This document shows, piece after piece, positions 28,463 through 37,324 of a DNA stretch of 64,000 bases; within the stretch, counting starts at the first letter, position 1, and each line of letters begins with the position of its first letter. The translations under genes were made by a program, and so were the position numbers. The stretch comes from an uncultured bacterium (GTDB lineage Bacteria > Patescibacteriota > Minisyncoccia > Phycocordibacterales > PALSA-1337), in the NCBI GenBank assembly GCA_903839725.1, contig CAIMDG010000001.1:3558-67557 (forward strand), written 5' to 3'. Under the pieces are notes generated by a model. It was not told the origin of the DNA. It searched no databases and worked only from the letters and a program-made list of their open reading frames with translations.

Positions 28463-28630
28463 ATGGCACATAGAATTAGTCTAAATGGACAACAGGGAAT
28501 TACATTGATTGAAGTCCTCATATACAGCGCCCTTCTTTCTCTATTAATAAGTGGATTTATTAGTTGTGTGTACGGTGTTCATATACAAGATATTAGATTG
28601 ATTGATGAGATTAATGATTCATACAAATAA
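28463..28630 (+). CDS. Minimal type IV prepilin (55 aa; 43-aa mature product, essentially the α1 helix only)
   Basis: MAHRISLNGQQG|ITLIEVLIYSALLSLLISGFIS has a canonical G/ITLIE prepilin peptidase site with Glu+5. Not in the ORF track (<60 aa). Confidence 0.6.
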   Translation: MAHRISLNGQQGITLIEVLIYSALLSLLISGFISCVYGVHIQDIRLIDEINDSYK

Positions 28631-28634
28631 TATG

Positions 28635-28865
28635 AAGCATTATCGTGGTTTTATAGCGCTTATAGCAATAATGACATTGGCCTTAGGAACATTCGCATTT
28701 TCTATTGGAACAATGTCCGTAGCGATGTCATATCGTGATGCTGTATATGCCCGAGAAATAAGAATTCAAAAAAGACTTGATCAGCAGGCATGTCTCGATG
28801 CATTTGAACTTATGAAAGCAAAAGATTATTTCTTTGTTGGAGATTCTAATTGTGGGAAAATGTGA
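28635..28865 (+). CDS. Small pilin-like protein (degenerate prepilin N-terminus)
   Basis: MKHYRGFIALIAIMTLALGTFAFS is pilin-like but lacks Glu+5. The ORF-track start 28602 overlaps the preceding gene. Confidence 0.35.
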   Translation, partial: KHYRGFIALIAIMTLALGTFAFSIGTMSVAMSYRDAVYAREIRIQKRLDQQACLDAFELMKAKDYFFVGDSNCGKM

Positions 28866-28871
28866 TATTCA

Positions 28872-29447
28872 CTAAAATCCAAGTGTGCATGTCATTGCTT
28901 GGGATTCCGGAACTTCCCATGTTGATGTATCAAACTTTATTTCTTTGAGTGTACCGAGTTCCTTATATTTGAGAGATTTATTCTTGAATGCGTAGTCATA
29001 GAGGTCTTTGGTGAGTCTGACATCTTCAATACAATACTTGATGATCTTATCTACTTCACCAGTCCTCCACCATTCTACAGCTTCGAGACCATGTCCAGAT
29101 TTGTTTCTATTGAGTGTAGCTTCTCCGACACTATCAAGTTTGAGACGTCTACCAAGCACTTTTTGAACTTCTCTCATAAGATCGAGACTCTTGATTCGAG
29201 TCAAATCACCAGGGTAATACTTATTAAGAAGAGGTATGTCAAAATGATCACCATTCCAACTAATCAACATGTCCGCTTGTTCCAAAATAACCCAAAGGTC
29301 CTTGAAATCTTTTTCGAGATAACTCGAATATTCATCGGTGAGTGAATCGTGAATACAGACAACGGAAATATCGAGATCTACGGGGTCATTTGAACCAACG
29401 TCTTGGAATATATTTTTAGTTTCAATATCAAAAGTTATTTTTCGCAT
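28872..29447 (-). CDS. DnaQ-like DEDD-family 3'-5' exonuclease
   Basis: Exo I FDIETKN, Exo II WNGDHFDIPLL, Exo III YCIEDVRLTKDLY. Confidence 0.7.
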   Translation of the reverse strand: MRKITFDIETKNIFQDVGSNDPVDLDISVVCIHDSLTDEYSSYLEKDFKDLWVILEQADMLISWNGDHFDIPLLNKYYPGDLTRIKSLDLMREVQKVLGRRLKLDSVGEATLNRNKSGHGLEAVEWWRTGEVDKIIKYCIEDVRLTKDLYDYAFKNKSLKYKELGTLKEIKFDTSTWEVPESQAMTCTLGF

Positions 29448-29475
29448 GGGTAGTATTGTAACATATTGTTTAAAT

Positions 29476-29709
29476 ACGAAACGCGCAGGAGGGGTGTGTA
29501 CTCATTTTCTGTACAAGTTTGTAAACACTGCGGTACGCTGAGTAATGTAAGTGTCTCTAAACTTGTACAGAAAATGAGTACACACCCCTCCTGAGCGTTT
29601 TGTGCACAATCTCAAATATGTAATCTTCATCAAAATTTGATTCTTTTTTCATTACATCTTCATTTCAGCTTGATACGATTGTTGTATTAGTAATGTAATT
29701 ATTTTTTGT
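29476..29709. repeat. Palindromic hairpin element copy 3 (29476-29603) plus conserved leader (29604-~29690) upstream of the major pilin gene
   Basis: Arms acgaaacgcgcaggaggggtgtgtactcattttctgtacaagttt / revcomp (outer ends imperfect). Loop gtaaacactgcggtacgctgagtaatgtaagtgtctct. The leader matches 24791-24866. Confidence 0.85.
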
Positions 29710-30288
29710 ATGAATAATAGAAAAACTCGTATACAGGTTTCGATTCGCATACGTGAAAGAAAGATTAAATGTATTATTCGTGATCCTGTCAGACTTTTTC
29801 ATGCGCGCCACATGAATCACATACAACATATGAGGAATAAGGCTTTTACTTTGATAGAAGTCCTTGTGGTTATTGGTATTATTGCAGTGCTTGCGGCTAT
29901 AGTACTTGTAGCGGTCAATCCTGCACGTCAGTTCAAGTTGGCGCGTGATTCACAGCGTGTGAGTAATGTGAATGCACTCTTGAATGCGATACACCAGAAT
30001 ATGGCAGAGCATCGTGGAATTTTTACTTGCAACGGAGTAGCTCGAACTATTCCGACAAATACAACTCGTGTTCGTGATAGTTCTGTAGGTTCCAGTGAAG
30101 GTGATATTGCATCATGTATTGTGCCGGACTACATATCATCAGTCCCATTTGATCCATTATTAGCTGATGCACACTTTAATTCAACTACAGACTACAATTC
30201 TGAGTATGAAATATTTAAAGATGTAAATGGACGCATAACCGCAAGTTCCACCGGAGAATTAACTCCAACAATATCAGTCACCAGATAG
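29710..30288 (+). CDS. Type IV pilin (major pilin candidate; probable true start ~29830, MRNKAFTLIE)
   Basis: KA|FTLIEVLVVIGIIAVLAAIVLVAV is a classic pilin N-terminus. The cleavage-site residue is Ala rather than Gly. The long ORF-track N-terminal extension is unlikely to be translated. Confidence 0.8.
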   Translation: MNNRKTRIQVSIRIRERKIKCIIRDPVRLFHARHMNHIQHMRNKAFTLIEVLVVIGIIAVLAAIVLVAVNPARQFKLARDSQRVSNVNALLNAIHQNMAEHRGIFTCNGVARTIPTNTTRVRDSSVGSSEGDIASCIVPDYISSVPFDPLLADAHFNSTTDYNSEYEIFKDVNGRITASSTGELTPTISVTR

Positions 30289-30299
30289 CACGTGGTACA

Positions 30300-31271
30300 A
30301 TGGTAGTGATGCATATTACTCGAAAAAATATAGTACTCATATCAACATGTTTGTGTATTCTTGGCGTTATCGCGGGAATTCGACTTGCGTATAGAGAATC
30401 AGATATTACTCCACAGACAACTGTAAAGATTGAAAAAAGTGCACCTGTAGTTGTGGACAATAATAGTACTGTATTAGATTTTAAAAAAGCACCACCATTT
30501 GTTTCTGCAACTACTACAATTAAGACCACTTCAATACCTGCTGCAGATGTGATAACAGCTCGAGCATATCTTGTTGGCGACGTTAAAACAGGGACAATAT
30601 ATTTTGAGAGAAATTCTGTAAAAGCACTACCAGTTGCTTCAATGTCAAAACTAATTACTGCAATTGTGGCGACTGATACACTTTCACCAACTACGACAAT
30701 TACAGTTACTGATTTGAATATGAGTGTCGCTACTGATACATCGAAACTTGCATCGGGTGAAATATTCACCATGCACGAATTGCTGTATCCGATGCTTCTC
30801 AATTCATCGAATAATGCCGCTGAGGCACTTGCGTCAACAACTGATCGTTCCACATTCTTGGCACTGATGAGTAGTTATGCGTGGGAAGTTGGCGCGGCAA
30901 CAGCTTTCTTCGCTGATCCTTCCGGTCTAGATCCTCGTAATGTTGCTTCTGCACAAGATTTATTTTCGCTCTCTCGATATTTGTATAATAATAGACCAGA
31001 TATTCTTGAATTAACTCGTGTTGCAAGTACATCAGTTGCTACAACTACCGAACACGGTGCGCATGTATTTACGAGTATTCACCCATTCATAAAAGATCCT
31101 CGATTCATTGGAGGAAAAACAGGGCATACAACAGAGGCTGGTGATACGATGATGACCCTTATGTATATCAATGATCACGATATTGTATTTATAATTCTCG
31201 GTGCTGGATCAAGTCAACGCGCACATGATACGACTCTGCTTATCAGTTTGGTAGAAAAAGTATTGAAATAG
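30300..31271 (+). CDS. D-alanyl-D-alanine carboxypeptidase (serine peptidase S11, PBP5-like)
   Basis: SxxK (ASMSKL), SxN (NSSNN) and KTG (KTGHT) motifs. N-terminal TM. Confidence 0.8.
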   Translation: MVVMHITRKNIVLISTCLCILGVIAGIRLAYRESDITPQTTVKIEKSAPVVVDNNSTVLDFKKAPPFVSATTTIKTTSIPAADVITARAYLVGDVKTGTIYFERNSVKALPVASMSKLITAIVATDTLSPTTTITVTDLNMSVATDTSKLASGEIFTMHELLYPMLLNSSNNAAEALASTTDRSTFLALMSSYAWEVGAATAFFADPSGLDPRNVASAQDLFSLSRYLYNNRPDILELTRVASTSVATTTEHGAHVFTSIHPFIKDPRFIGGKTGHTTEAGDTMMTLMYINDHDIVFIILGAGSSQRAHDTTLLISLVEKVLK

Positions 31272-31277
31272 ATTACG

Positions 31278-32030
31278 TTACGCGAGCCATTCTCGTATAT
31301 GTTGTGCGGTGTCCTCTGGACCAGTAACAGAAATACAATCAACTCCAGTGGCACGAGCTGGATAATCATTCCCGCCATGGAAAAGTGCGTCTCCAACGAA
31401 GATAATATCGTCTGGTGTTAATTTCAGAATATCTTCAAGCTTGCGAATACCGTATGCTTTATTAACTCCACGTTTAGTTATGTCGACTGAGGTAGTACCA
31501 CCTATACGAGCATCAAATTCAGGTATTTTTTCTTTGAGTATTGCTACAATTTTTTCACGCTTTTCTCTCGTAGGATCCCATGCTTTCTTTTTTTCTAACG
31601 GAGCTTGCTGACCGAGAGCTGAGAAGGTGATTTGTGAACCACGATCCTCGATAAGTTGACCATACGTTTGTTGCGGAGATATATAACCGATTATTTTAAG
31701 GGCATTGTTCAAGGCAAGAATAACTCTCTCTCGTTCTATTTTTGAAAGTTGTTCAGAATATTGTTCTACCCAATCCCCGCGCCAAATATACATACGAGTT
31801 CCAGAAGTAGGGAGAAGAAATAGATTCGTGAAGAACTCTGAAGTATGTGGCAATGAAGTAATGAATTGTGTTTGAAACTGAGGGAATCCACCACCAGAAA
31901 TAATCGCCACTTGTTTTGTTTGCAAAAGTTGAACAATAAGGTCCGCCACTTCTTTCGACATGGAAGATTTACTTGGTGCTAATGTTCCGTCGAGATCGAA
32001 GATAATGAGTTTTTTTGAAGAGATATTCAT
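31278..32030 (-). CDS. Eukaryote-type phosphomannomutase (PMM family, HAD-IIB)
   Basis: LIIFDLDGTLAPSK, ISGGGFPQFQTQ and FVGDALFHGGNDY...GVDCISVTGPEDT closely parallel the eukaryotic PMM1/2 motifs (FDVDGTLT, GGSDF, FGDK..GGNDHEI..PEDT). Confidence 0.75.
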   Translation of the reverse strand: MNISSKKLIIFDLDGTLAPSKSSMSKEVADLIVQLLQTKQVAIISGGGFPQFQTQFITSLPHTSEFFTNLFLLPTSGTRMYIWRGDWVEQYSEQLSKIERERVILALNNALKIIGYISPQQTYGQLIEDRGSQITFSALGQQAPLEKKKAWDPTREKREKIVAILKEKIPEFDARIGGTTSVDITKRGVNKAYGIRKLEDILKLTPDDIIFVGDALFHGGNDYPARATGVDCISVTGPEDTAQHIREWLA

Positions 32031-32033
32031 ATA

Positions 32034-33941
32034 TTATATTTCTAACATCTTCATAAGTTCATTCATGTGGATAGTAGCAACGCCACTGACACTGTCGCCA
32101 GCACCATAGTACATATAGCCTACACCGTTACGGACAACGAAACCGCAAGGGAATACAACATTAGGAACAATACCTGATTGTTCATAGGATTCTTCAGGTT
32201 CGAAAATCGGTGTAGCGGTACGAGCTTTGACGATAGTTGGATCTGCGAGATCGAGTAGAAGTGCACCCACTCGGTATATACCACTCCATGATATGCCGTG
32301 ATACAAAAGCAACCAACCTTTTTCTGTTTTTATCGGAGGAGTTGATATGCCAACTTTCACGCCATCCCACATACCAGGTCGAGGAGTGATAAGTTCGATG
32401 CATGCATTGATACTTTCTTTGCTGAAATCAAGGGATGCAACAAAATCTGCGCAGATACTTTGTTGTACACGGTGAATGACAAGATACTTTCCGTTGACTG
32501 TTTCAGGAAGAATAACGCAGTCTTTGTCGGGAATATGTGCAGGTGTTATAGCTTGAGGCATCAACCATGCACTCCAATTATTTTTGACGAAATCAGTAAC
32601 AGAGATGGAGCTGACCGCAACTCGAGGTATTGATCCATCATAACCTGTGTATGTCATATATATTCTATCTTTGATGAGTGCTATACGTGCATCTTCACAG
32701 CCAAAATTTTCTTGAGAATCACCATTCATCTCAAAAGGAGCTCGAGGGAAATAGATAGGTTTGTCTGAACGTTCATCAATACTAAAACCATCACTCGAAG
32801 TTGCATATCCGACAGTAGAAACGTTTTGTGAGGAAACTGCGCGATATACGATGTGCGTTGTGTCGCCGATATCGATAGCTCCTGGATTGATAGTGCCACG
32901 TGTTTCCCAGAGATTGCCTGGGCGAGGTGCGAGTATTGGGTTGCCTTTGAAACGAGCAAATCCTTTTTGTTCCTTGTCTTCTAATATGCTTGCAAGAAGA
33001 TTATCAAGCGGAATTGTGGCAATAGTACAGTGAGTATCAGCTGCACCATAATAGATTTCAAGAATATTGCCCTTGATGAGTGTACCTGTCGGAAAAATAA
33101 CGTGCGGGACTTGTCCGACATGATCGTAATAGTTTTCAGGAACCATAAACGGTCCTTTGGTACGTCCTAAAATTTTGAGTGGATTGTTCACATCAAGAAG
33201 TACTGCTTCAATACCAAATGCTTGATCAGGTCTTCCATATCTTTGGATATGTGAATAAATCACAAGCCAGCCTTTATCGGTTTTAACCGGCGGAGCACCA
33301 AGTTCTATTTGATCCTCAGGCTTTCGTCTGACATGTACCTTGTGCGCATCAAGATTGTTATACCAATTGTGCCAATAGTCAGGGGACCACATCTCTTCAG
33401 GACTGTTGAATTCAGCGTAACAAATATCTGAAGGTTTACGATCAGTATTCACCGTGACAAGCGCTGACATTTTTCCGTTTATCTTTTCAGGGAACAATGC
33501 CATGGCCTTGGCATTGAATGGCGTTACCAAATGTTTTTCGTATATTGTGTGTAGATCTTTACTCAATGCAACAGCGACTTTGATATTGTCTGCAGAAAAT
33601 GGATATCCGCCGAGACCTGTATAAAAAATATAGTATATTCCATCGATACAGGTTATACGCGGATCCTCACATCCGTATTGGTCAAATTCTGCATCCGGCG
33701 AAATCAATATATGTCTATCGGTGTAACTTACACCATTGTTATTTGAAACTGCATGGCCAATAACAGACGTGCGCATATGTGGCTCCTTCAAAAGATTGGG
33801 ATCTGACATGGCACGATATACAAGGTGAGTTGCTCCATCTTTGATGATAGGACAACCATTGAATGCGGCTGCTGTTTCCCAGTAGTGTTCTCGGAGTGGT
33901 GATAGGACAGGGTTGTATTCAGGGTAGGTAACAGTAAACAT
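32034..33941 (-). CDS. Tandem-domain GH130-family glycoside phosphorylase (mannoside phosphorylase-like, two GH130 domains)
   Basis: Two copies of GH130/DUF377 signatures (QYGCEDPRITCIDGIYYIFYTG, NFGCEDARIALIKDRIYMTYTGY) plus repeated NPGA...VYRA blocks. Confidence 0.7.
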   Translation of the reverse strand: MFTVTYPEYNPVLSPLREHYWETAAAFNGCPIIKDGATHLVYRAMSDPNLLKEPHMRTSVIGHAVSNNNGVSYTDRHILISPDAEFDQYGCEDPRITCIDGIYYIFYTGLGGYPFSADNIKVAVALSKDLHTIYEKHLVTPFNAKAMALFPEKINGKMSALVTVNTDRKPSDICYAEFNSPEEMWSPDYWHNWYNNLDAHKVHVRRKPEDQIELGAPPVKTDKGWLVIYSHIQRYGRPDQAFGIEAVLLDVNNPLKILGRTKGPFMVPENYYDHVGQVPHVIFPTGTLIKGNILEIYYGAADTHCTIATIPLDNLLASILEDKEQKGFARFKGNPILAPRPGNLWETRGTINPGAIDIGDTTHIVYRAVSSQNVSTVGYATSSDGFSIDERSDKPIYFPRAPFEMNGDSQENFGCEDARIALIKDRIYMTYTGYDGSIPRVAVSSISVTDFVKNNWSAWLMPQAITPAHIPDKDCVILPETVNGKYLVIHRVQQSICADFVASLDFSKESINACIELITPRPGMWDGVKVGISTPPIKTEKGWLLLYHGISWSGIYRVGALLLDLADPTIVKARTATPIFEPEESYEQSGIVPNVVFPCGFVVRNGVGYMYYGAGDSVSGVATIHMNELMKMLEI

Positions 33942-33945
33942 GATA

Positions 33946-35076
33946 TTAGTTTATCTTCCCGTATCTGGTGAGCCATTCAAGTAATGCTTGAAGTGGAGTT
34001 TCAGCAACACATACATGTCTATCTCCACCACCGTAATATACGAGAAGGTTACCATTTTTGATAACAGCACCTGATGCATATACAACACCAGCTTTGGAAT
34101 CATTTTCATATGACATATTCGGCTCGAGAATTGGTTTTGGTGAACGATACAAAATGACTGTTGGGTCATTGAGATCAAGGAGCATTGCTCCAAGTTTGTA
34201 TTTGTCCGGATCATTCCTGTCCATAGCATGATAGAGCAATAACCACCCTTTATCTGTTTTGATTGGAGGAGCTCCTGCACCTCTCATCCAATTGTCCCAA
34301 TGTGTAGCACGTCCACCTTTTGGTGATTGGCTAAAAATAGTCTCAGCTGAATATGGATTGCTGAGCGAATCAACATAATCAACCAATATGCGTGGTGATA
34401 TTGAGTGTAATATGACAAATTTTCCTTTTATTTTTTCGGGGAAAATAACCCAATTTTTATTTACTTGTTTTGATGAAGAAATAATTTTTGGTTTTTTCCA
34501 ATTCCAGCGATTGTTACGAAGATCTTTTTCAGAGATTGAAGTAACGCCGATACGTACAGAATTCCAACCTTCAAAAGCTGTATATGTTACGTATATTCTG
34601 TCTTCAATTTTGACTGCACGAGGATCTTCACAGCCAGCCCATCCACCACCTGAACGATGTGCCGTTGGGTCATATGCAAGTGGTCCTTGAACAGTATTAG
34701 GATCTGGCATGCCATATCCTCGACTAGGTTGATATACAGGGAAGCTTGAACGAGAATCAATATGTTTACCGTCTCGACTCGATGCATGACCAATTCTCGA
34801 TACACCATCATCACCAACAGCACGATATAGCAAGTGAACTGTACCTTCGTTGTCAGTCACAGCTGCAGGATTGAATGTGCCACCCGACTCCCATTCTTGG
34901 TGTGGGCGAGGTGACATGATGGGGTTACTGTCGTGACGAGACAAATCTTGTCTATGTGCAGGTTTTTTTCTCAGTAGTGATTGGTGCCAAAAATATGCGA
35001 TGAAATATACAATAAAAAGTATCACAATTGTGAGTGTGATGTTTGTTGGTGTAAGAATTGTGCTGATAAAGATCAT
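33946..35076 (-). CDS. GH130-family glycoside phosphorylase (membrane-anchored)
   Basis: N-terminal TM. GGTFNPAAV..VHLLYRAVG and GCEDPRAVKIEDRIYVTYTAF are present. Confidence 0.7.
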   Translation of the reverse strand: MIFISTILTPTNITLTIVILFIVYFIAYFWHQSLLRKKPAHRQDLSRHDSNPIMSPRPHQEWESGGTFNPAAVTDNEGTVHLLYRAVGDDGVSRIGHASSRDGKHIDSRSSFPVYQPSRGYGMPDPNTVQGPLAYDPTAHRSGGGWAGCEDPRAVKIEDRIYVTYTAFEGWNSVRIGVTSISEKDLRNNRWNWKKPKIISSSKQVNKNWVIFPEKIKGKFVILHSISPRILVDYVDSLSNPYSAETIFSQSPKGGRATHWDNWMRGAGAPPIKTDKGWLLLYHAMDRNDPDKYKLGAMLLDLNDPTVILYRSPKPILEPNMSYENDSKAGVVYASGAVIKNGNLLVYYGGGDRHVCVAETPLQALLEWLTRYGKIN

Positions 35077-35099
35077 AATGGTAAGAAAACAAATAACTA

Positions 35100-35462
35100 T
35101 TAGGTTCGTCCGTATCTATCTTCGAGTCGAATAATGTCATTTTCATCAAATTCACCAAATGCGAGTTCTACAATGATGAGTGGTGAAGTTCCTGACTCTA
35201 GTCTATGTTTCATTCCTCGGGGAATATAACAATCACTATTTGCACCAATAGGAATTCGTGCTTCATCGATTGTTGCAAACCCATCTCCAGAAATCACATG
35301 CCAAAACTCGTCACGATTGTGGTGAAATTGAAGGCTCAGTGTTTCTCCGGGATTCACTTGTAGCAGCTTTACCATCGAGGGACTCTCGTGTTCTTTGGCT
35401 AACCACAATTCTGAGCCCCACGGACGTATGTCACGATAGGGTTTTGGTATTTGTACTGACAT
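35100..35462 (-). CDS. Cupin-domain protein of the mannose-6-phosphate isomerase type (PMI cupin / ManC C-terminal-like)
   Basis: WGSELWLA...KLLQVNPGETLSLQFHHNRDEFWHVISG...YIPRGMKHRLESG...IIVELAFGEFDENDIIRLEDRYGR. Confidence 0.6.
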   Translation of the reverse strand: MSVQIPKPYRDIRPWGSELWLAKEHESPSMVKLLQVNPGETLSLQFHHNRDEFWHVISGDGFATIDEARIPIGANSDCYIPRGMKHRLESGTSPLIIVELAFGEFDENDIIRLEDRYGRT

Positions 35463-35537
35463 TTTATGAGGTAATTATACTATACATACCCATATGCTGG
35501 GTGATTCTCTGTATGTGTATAACTTACGAAATAAGGA

Positions 35538-36296
35538 CTAGGAGTGGTGCGCTGTGGTAGTACCGTGTGATTCGATGAACATTTTTTGATCTTTTGGAAA
35601 AAACCTTTCTGAAATGTGAAATATTGTATAGGTAATGAAAAATGCAGATAGAACGTCGATAGAATAGTGGAAATGACCAAGTAGAACAATGATGCCGAAA
35701 AATAGGGCACTTATCAAAGAGAATATACGCATTGGTCGGTGCTCCCAGAAAACGAGACACATCAAAAATGGTAGTCCGGTATGTCCAGAGAAGAAGAGGT
35801 CGTTACCTGTACTTAAGAAAAAGAAATTACTTATACTATATATTGTATGGAGTACTCCCGTTCCAAATGTATCTATTGGAAACTGGTCAGGAAATGGTCC
35901 GATATGTGTCAGCGTGATGAATAATGAACGGGTGACAATAAATAAAGCGACACTTTTCAAAATAAACGGAACCTTGCGTGGGTCATGAATACAAAAAGCT
36001 GCAATAACTGCCCAGAATATGATAGGACCATACACGAAGTATATATTTACATTCATGGTAGGGAAATTACTCAATATAATATCTGTCACTGAGCTACTCA
36101 CGCGTTCTTGGGCATAGAGAGCGGCGTGATAATTTACTACGAGACTTCCTGCAAAGAGGGCGAGACTCGAAGCAAGTGCCAGTATGAAAGATGGAGTAGT
36201 AGTATGTGTTCGATATCGAGCAATCGTGCGTTTTATAAATGGAATCATATTAGTGAGATATTTTGTAACCAAGAACGATACCGGCCACACCGCCAA
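35538..36296 (-). CDS. PAP2-superfamily membrane phosphatase/phosphotransferase
   Basis: Polytopic. SGHT and HYSIDV motifs (PAP2 C2/C3). Confidence 0.55.
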   Translation of the reverse strand: MAVWPVSFLVTKYLTNMIPFIKRTIARYRTHTTTPSFILALASSLALFAGSLVVNYHAALYAQERVSSSVTDIILSNFPTMNVNIYFVYGPIIFWAVIAAFCIHDPRKVPFILKSVALFIVTRSLFITLTHIGPFPDQFPIDTFGTGVLHTIYSISNFFFLSTGNDLFFSGHTGLPFLMCLVFWEHRPMRIFSLISALFFGIIVLLGHFHYSIDVLSAFFITYTIFHISERFFPKDQKMFIESHGTTTAHHS

Positions 36297-36440
36297 TCGT
36301 ACTTAGAATAATTGATGACATAGAGAACATACTATCACCCCAGAGCGCAGGTACAAACCCTCCAACCGTTGATCCGACAATCATACCAATCCAAATGAAT
36401 GGCCGTGAATTCATGCCCCAAAGTATATCATTAAAGATTC

Positions 36441-37307
36441 GTGCGGTATAATAGTCGCATGAATTACATTCAAGCGATATTTTTAGGAGGATTTCAGGGT
36501 ATTAGTGAGTTATTTCCTATCTCGAGTCTGGGTCACAGTGTTATTATTCCGAGTTTGTTTGGCTGGAATATGTCACAAGCTGATAATACGTTTGTTATTT
36601 TCTTGGTGGCAACACATCTGGCGACAGCACTTGTGCTTCTCGGTTTTTATTACAAAGATTGGCTGCGCATTATTCAAGGTGTATTTCGTTCACTACAACG
36701 AAGAGTCATCGATGAATCTGATGTATATGCAAAACTCGGTTGGCTTATTATAGTAGCTACTATTCCTGCAGGAATACTTGGTTTGTTATTTGAAGATAAG
36801 CTCAAACTTTTGTTTGCTTCACCGAGATCAGCGGCTGTATTTCTCATAGCAAACGGTATTGTTTTGTGGATTATGGAATTATTCCGTGTAAAAAATGTTA
36901 CACGTCAATCAAGTGATCTTGATACTGCTGTTTCAAAACTAACCTGGACGCAGGCTATCAAAGTTGGTTGTGCCCAGTGTCTTTCACTTCTCCCAGGGTT
37001 TTCACGTACAGGTATGTCTATGGGCGGGGGACTTGTTGTCGGTTTGGGTCATGAATCAGCGCTTCGTTTCTCATTCTTACTTGCTGCACCTATCATTTTT
37101 GCCGCAGCAGTCTTGAAATTGCCAGAATTATTGTCGGCAGGGAATGTGGGAGCCGTTGGTCCTATTCTCGTCGGTTCTATCACGTCCGCTATCACCGCAT
37201 ATGCGGCAATTCGTTTTCTTTCAAACTATTTCAAAACAAAAACTCTCAAACCTTTTGCCGTGTATTGTATGCTGTTTGGTATTTTGAGTTTGGTGGTTTT
37301 GTTGTAG
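36441..37307 (+). CDS. uppP: Undecaprenyl-diphosphatase
   Basis: QGISELFPISSLGHSVI matches the BacA/UppP signature. 8 TM. Confidence 0.85.
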   Translation: MRYNSRMNYIQAIFLGGFQGISELFPISSLGHSVIIPSLFGWNMSQADNTFVIFLVATHLATALVLLGFYYKDWLRIIQGVFRSLQRRVIDESDVYAKLGWLIIVATIPAGILGLLFEDKLKLLFASPRSAAVFLIANGIVLWIMELFRVKNVTRQSSDLDTAVSKLTWTQAIKVGCAQCLSLLPGFSRTGMSMGGGLVVGLGHESALRFSFLLAAPIIFAAAVLKLPELLSAGNVGAVGPILVGSITSAITAYAAIRFLSNYFKTKTLKPFAVYCMLFGILSLVVLL

Positions 37308-37324
37308 TTTGGTAAGCTTTTTAT

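Noticed and set aside
662-29603. Considered the three palindromic elements as a CRISPR array or as integron attC sites.
   Set aside because: Copies are 24-29 kb apart rather than arrayed with spacers, and each is an inverted rather than a direct repeat. The arm ends do not match the attC R''/R' core (RYYYAAC / GTTRRRY), and no intI or cas genes are present.
29710-29829. 40-aa N-terminal extension of the major pilin ORF as a novel long leader peptide.
   Set aside because: Prepilin leaders are typically 6-25 aa. An in-frame ATG giving MRNKA|FTLIE sits at ~29830, and the extension lies inside the conserved noncoding leader shared with the pilB upstream region.
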